This document shows, in pieces, positions 59,711-64,000 of a stretch of DNA of 64,000 bases. Under the pieces are notes generated by a model, which saw only the letters and a list, made by a program, of their open reading frames with translations, was not told the DNA's origin and did no database searches. Within the stretch, counting starts at the first letter, position 1. Every line of letters begins with the position of its first letter. The stretch covers positions 3,328,001 through 3,392,000 of the forward strand of contig OZ243961.1 in assembly GCA_965214605.1 (NCBI GenBank), read 5' to 3'. A program made the position numbers and the translations under genes. This DNA is from an uncultured Candidatus Binatia bacterium. Its GTDB lineage: Bacteria > Desulfobacterota > Binatia > Bin18.

Positions 59711-62179
59711 TTAGGCGATAATGCCCTCTTTGGCGGCGCGGAGGAAGAATTTTGGTCTCCACAGGACCAGCGCGGCAGGGACAAAGGTACACGCTCCAAA
59801 GAAGCTAATGCCCATCCACAGCGCCAGCAACAGGCCCATTTCAGAGCAGAAACGGATACTGGCAAAGGCCCACAACATAGTTGCGGCGATCAGGGTGGCG
59901 GCTGTAAAGGCAACCGCCTTACCCGCTGTGTGCAGGCCCATGCGGACCGATTCACTGACTCTGTAGGACTCAATTTCTTTTTCGCTGAGATCCTCCTTAC
60001 CGGCCGAATACTCCTCAAGCGATTTGGCTACGGTTGGGCCGTTGTACTCTTCGACCGCCCGACTCACGATATACAGGGCGTAGTCAATACCAAACCCGAC
60101 TCCAACCGTCACAATCGGCAGTGACTGGAGATTAATTCCGATGTTGCGGAAGCCCATATAGGCATTCACAATACCGTTGGCCAGGAACAGGCCGATCATC
60201 ATCACGAGAGAGGCCACCGGTGAGCGGTAGGTAAACATCACGATCAGGAAGATTGTGCCGAACCCGAGCAGATTCATCAAAATATCGTTTTTCAGAATCT
60301 CTTCGTTGGCCGCTGCTGTCACCCCGATCAGGCCTCCGGCTAAACGATAGTCGGCGGTGTCAAGAGGATTGTCGTCCACGTACTGCTGCACAAAATGCAT
60401 GATCCGGGCAATATTATCGCCCTGGTGATTGGCGCAGTAGAAGGTCACTCGGGTAGTGGTATAACTTGGGTCGAGAAAGCGCGAGGTTTCGCCTGGCGGC
60501 GCCCCGGCGAAGAAGAAGAAGAAGAGGGCGCTGACTTTTTGACGTTCCTGCGGAATCACCCCCCAGCGTGGTTGCATATCGTAGAACGTCATATTGATCG
60601 ACTGAATGATATCGGCCAGCGAGAAACTATAGCCAATATCTGGATCACGCTCCATGTAGCGCTGGAAGCCCTCCATGTTGCGCAACAGGGTCGGATCTTT
60701 GAGTATGTCCTTATCCCGGCCTTCGAGCACGATGATCAAGGGTTCAATACCGCCGAAAAATCGCTGAATCTCGAGGTGCGCCTGGTTATAGGGAGAATCT
60801 AGATGCAGCAGCGGGGTACTGGCACTTGGATCACCGATAGTCAGATGGCGGACTTGGGTCATAGCCAGCATGAAAGCAATAACCCAGAACACGATGACCG
60901 TTCTGGAGTTGCGGGGAACGACAATCCAGGCCGATGCTCGGCCAATAAGACCTTGGAACCAACCCTCCTCTCGTTTGATGACTTTTGATCTCTCAGGGGC
61001 TCTGAGGTAGTAGTAGACGACCGGGTTGAGCAGCAGCTCACTGATTGCTACCGACGCGACCCAGATGGAAGCAGAAATAGCGATCCGTTGGAGGATGACC
61101 ACCGGCACGATGATAATCACCAGCATTCCAAGTGAGTCGGTGATAATGCCGCTTAAGGTCGGCACGAACAGCTCGGCAAAGGCTGAGACAATGGCCTGTT
61201 CTTTATTCCAGTTACAGCGTCGGTACTCTTCATAGTAGCGCTCGTGCATCTGGACCGAGTGGCTCACCGCCCGTGCCGTCACAAAGAAGGGAATTACCAG
61301 GGCCAGGGGGTCCATGGCAAAGCCCATCATGGATTGGATGCCTAAGCCCCAGAAGGCCGAGATAATACCGGTGATGGTCGGCCGCAGAGCACCCCGCCAG
61401 TCGTGGAAGTACAGGTAGAGCAGAATCCAACACACCAGGGTTGCGGCTAGAAAGACGTAGAACACCTCGTTGGCATAATAGTAAATCCAGCCGTACAGCT
61501 GTGGCTCGCCAGCGACGTAGATTTCGTGGTTTTCGGTTTCAAACGGTTCTTTGACCGTCCGAGCAATTTGGTCAAAGATCTCTTTGTAGTCGAGACGGCC
61601 CTCAATAAAGTTGGCCTTGATCAGCAGGGCCTTGCCGTTGAGCGAGACGAGCTGGCCATAGATCGATTCGTCATTATAACAAATCTCCTTGATCTCAGCG
61701 ACCTCGGCCTCAGTCTTGGGGGGGCGGCGCATGACAGGTGGAGTGGCGATCGTTCCGCCCAGGACAGTTAAGTAGCGGGTGGTGCGGTGACCAATCGACT
61801 CAATCTGATCGTGGTTCACCCCTGCTACCCGGTCGATGGCCTGCGTCATGTCATAGATTTTGGTCAGCAGCTCCTTGGTGAAGACATCCCCCTCTTTGAC
61901 CTTGAGCATGACGTTAACGTTGTTCGCGCCCCCAAACTGCTCGGCAAACCGGAAATGGACTTTGATCCAGGGGTGCTGGTAGGGCAGCAGATTGCTGAAC
62001 TGGGTGAACATCTCTATCTGTGCGGCCTGATAGGCCATAAAGCCGGTCAGGACGGCGATGGCAATGGTGATTGGAAAGCGGAATCGAATGAGCCCTTCGC
62101 CAAGGCGGTAGAGGGCGGGTTTTTCCTGTAATGCGTGGGAAACATTTCCCTCTTGCGGGGTGTTCGTTTCATCGGCCAT
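59711..62179 (-). CDS. RND/MMPL family membrane transporter
   Basis: Duplicated TM plus periplasmic architecture, FGGAN, ARAVSHSVQ and GVGFGIDY. Confidence 0.92.
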   Translation of the reverse strand: MADETNTPQEGNVSHALQEKPALYRLGEGLIRFRFPITIAIAVLTGFMAYQAAQIEMFTQFSNLLPYQHPWIKVHFRFAEQFGGANNVNVMLKVKEGDVFTKELLTKIYDMTQAIDRVAGVNHDQIESIGHRTTRYLTVLGGTIATPPVMRRPPKTEAEVAEIKEICYNDESIYGQLVSLNGKALLIKANFIEGRLDYKEIFDQIARTVKEPFETENHEIYVAGEPQLYGWIYYYANEVFYVFLAATLVCWILLYLYFHDWRGALRPTITGIISAFWGLGIQSMMGFAMDPLALVIPFFVTARAVSHSVQMHERYYEEYRRCNWNKEQAIVSAFAELFVPTLSGIITDSLGMLVIIIVPVVILQRIAISASIWVASVAISELLLNPVVYYYLRAPERSKVIKREEGWFQGLIGRASAWIVVPRNSRTVIVFWVIAFMLAMTQVRHLTIGDPSASTPLLHLDSPYNQAHLEIQRFFGGIEPLIIVLEGRDKDILKDPTLLRNMEGFQRYMERDPDIGYSFSLADIIQSINMTFYDMQPRWGVIPQERQKVSALFFFFFAGAPPGETSRFLDPSYTTTRVTFYCANHQGDNIARIMHFVQQYVDDNPLDTADYRLAGGLIGVTAAANEEILKNDILMNLLGFGTIFLIVMFTYRSPVASLVMMIGLFLANGIVNAYMGFRNIGINLQSLPIVTVGVGFGIDYALYIVSRAVEEYNGPTVAKSLEEYSAGKEDLSEKEIESYRVSESVRMGLHTAGKAVAFTAATLIAATMLWAFASIRFCSEMGLLLALWMGISFFGACTFVPAALVLWRPKFFLRAAKEGIIA

Positions 62180-62190
62180 GGGGGTCTCCT

Positions 62191-63297
62191 TTATTGGTCT
62201 TTAATCGGACGCCAGGTTTTGCCGAAGTCGTTGGTCAGCAGAATACTCCCTTTTCCGCCGACCATAACGCCTTTGCCGCTTTCCGCAATAGCAACTCCGT
62301 TTAGCCAGGTAAACACGTCGGCATCGGTGGTTGCGGCCGACCAGTTGGCACCATTATTGTCGGAGTTCACTACCAGGCCGTTTGAGCCGACGGCAACAAT
62401 TTGACCGTCGGAAGTTGGCTGAACAAGGTCGTAGATCGGCATGTTCGGGAGATCGGCATGTGTCCCCTCCCGAGAGATCCAGCCCCAGGTCTGACCGCCG
62501 TCACTGGTGGAGGCGACCGAGCCGGCGCCACCAACAATGATGCCATTATTTTGGTCGGCAAAATGGACGCGGAAGAAGGCAGACAGCGACATCACATCTG
62601 AAGCTGCCACCCCCATCTCTCTCAGCGAGTCGATCAAGCTGCCGTGCTGAGAGCCCCAGGTCTGACCGCCATCGGTGGTGTTGCGGATATTGCCGTATTC
62701 CCCCACCATCCAGCCGTTCTGGGCATCAACGAAATGGATGCTGTAGTACATGATATCAGGAACGGCCAGCCTCATATCGTCGTTGAGACCAACCTCGGAC
62801 ACTTCAATGCGCTTGAAGGTCCAGGATTCCCCGCCGTTATCCGTCAATATCAAGGTCGATTCGTCACCGCTCGCCCAGCCGTTCAACTCGTCAGCAAAAG
62901 AGACGGAGAACAGGGTTTTTTCAGTCTGCGACTGCTGCTGAGTCCAGGTTTTGCCGCCGTCGCGTGAGTGGATTACGGTGCCGTAGTGACCGACCGCCCA
63001 GCCGTTATCCCCGATGAATTGCACTTGGTTGAGCGCCCACTCCGAGGGAGACTCGATCTCTATCCAAGTTTCACCGGCATCCTCAGAGCGGATGATACGA
63101 CCGTTGTAGCCGACGATAACAAAGGTATCGCCCGTGGTGTGGGCAACGTCGAAGAATTTATCGGTACGGGTAATCAGTTTCTCGACAAATGCTGCTGAAT
63201 AGTCCCGATGACAGCCGGCTAGCCCAAGACTAAGTACAACGGCTAGAACAAAGAAACTCAGACTTGTGCGGGCACTGCCGGCCCTGTGCATATCCAT
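62191..63297 (-). CDS. YCF48-like BNR-repeat beta-propeller lipoprotein
   Basis: Lipobox LAGC and repeated S.DGG.TW / GW.VG..G units. RBS AGGAGG. Confidence 0.9.
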   Translation of the reverse strand: MDMHRAGSARTSLSFFVLAVVLSLGLAGCHRDYSAAFVEKLITRTDKFFDVAHTTGDTFVIVGYNGRIIRSEDAGETWIEIESPSEWALNQVQFIGDNGWAVGHYGTVIHSRDGGKTWTQQQSQTEKTLFSVSFADELNGWASGDESTLILTDNGGESWTFKRIEVSEVGLNDDMRLAVPDIMYYSIHFVDAQNGWMVGEYGNIRNTTDGGQTWGSQHGSLIDSLREMGVAASDVMSLSAFFRVHFADQNNGIIVGGAGSVASTSDGGQTWGWISREGTHADLPNMPIYDLVQPTSDGQIVAVGSNGLVVNSDNNGANWSAATTDADVFTWLNGVAIAESGKGVMVGGKGSILLTNDFGKTWRPIKDQ

Positions 63298-63616
63298 CGC
63301 CTGTGACCTCCTTTGAGATGGTGCGAATATGGGCATCCCCGGTAGGGCGGTATGACCTCACGTCCTTTGCATGGTTTTTCTGCAAAAGTCAAGGGTTCAA
63401 GAGGGAGAGAGAATTGGATACCTACTCCGCTCACTCTGACGCCCGAGCGTTAGGTATGGGCGTCAAGCGTGGCCGCCATCGCCTGCCGGTCAATTCACTG
63501 TTCAGCTTCACCATTTAGACCGCCCAACAGAGATGCACAACGCGGATAACGATCGAGAGCGATTCAAATACGGGTCATGAGAGAGGAGCAGGGTTCAGCC
63601 GGTCAAAAGTGGTGCA

Positions 63617-63643
63617 GCGGGAGAGAGAGCAACTCTCTCCCGC
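63617..63643 (-). terminator. Hairpin after the DUF1302-like gene
   Basis: GCGGGAGAGAG-AGCAA-CTCTCTCCCGC. Confidence 0.5.
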
Positions 63644-63655
63644 CTCTGGGTGTTC

Positions 63656-64000
63656 CTAGATGAGGTAGTAGGTGGCTTCAAGCCAGACCAGGTCCTGGTT
63701 CGCAAAATAGTTGAGCAGCGACCATGAGTTACTGTTCTGACTCCCCATGAACCAGGCCGTACCAAACGAAAGGTCAAGCGGCATGCCTCGCAGCTCGCGC
63801 CACCACCACTGCGAGAACAGCAGTACGTGGGCACCACGCGGTTCCCAGGCCACGGCGTTGCGGCCTTCTAGCTTGCCCCGGAAGTATCCGTTGCCTGCCA
63901 GAGCTAGGGTGAACAGGTGGTTCCAGCGTTTGGTGCTACACCCGCGCACCGCATCCCGTTTAGGGGCCAGCGGATCGTCCGGGTTGGCTGGGTCGTATGT
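63656..64000 (-). CDS. C-terminus of an outer-membrane protein, probably DUF1302 family (5'-truncated)
   Basis: Frame is open to the window end. Beta-strand C-terminus ...NQDLVWLEATYYLI. Lies upstream of YCF48-RND, the usual DUF1302 context. Confidence 0.65.
   Translation of the reverse strand, partial: TYDPANPDDPLAPKRDAVRGCSTKRWNHLFTLALAGNGYFRGKLEGRNAVAWEPRGAHVLLFSQWWWRELRGMPLDLSFGTAWFMGSQNSNSWSLLNYFANQDLVWLEATYYLI

Overview
A 64-kb chromosomal window (about 58% GC) from a Gram-negative bacterium. The 16S sequence and gene content look Deltaproteobacteria-like, possibly Candidatus Binatia, but this is inference and was not searched. From left to right it contains: (i) the 3' end of an unusual biosynthetic operon (BpsA-type branched-polyamine synthase, GNAT, FkbH, ACP); (ii) an rRNA operon, 16S-tRNAIle-tRNAAla-23S, that terminates with no 5S gene; (iii) larE, with a 75-bp internal segment duplicated at its 3' end; (iv) a roughly 450-nt, 77% GC, heavily base-paired intergenic element that is a candidate new large ncRNA; (v) envelope and translation genes (GT9, PBP1B plus TPR protein, tsaD, rsmA) and an LPS operon (gfo/idh-lpxB-msbA-DUF374-waaA-lpxK-methyltransferase-waaF-small protein-Kdo kinase); (vi) Memo, lexA-hemW, metabolic enzymes and surE-pcm-iscS-mnmA-mtaB-rnc with tRNA-Pro; (vii) a stand-alone LarE C-terminal-domain protein and a DsbA/FrnE-family gene with an in-frame UGA in its active-site UxxC (likely selenoprotein); (viii) a LolA/LolCDE-like exporter operon, PPK2, and a DUF1302-YCF48-RND-ThDP enzyme cluster cut by the window end. 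No transposase, integrase, phage gene or CRISPR array was found. All product calls come from recognising motifs by eye; no database search was run.
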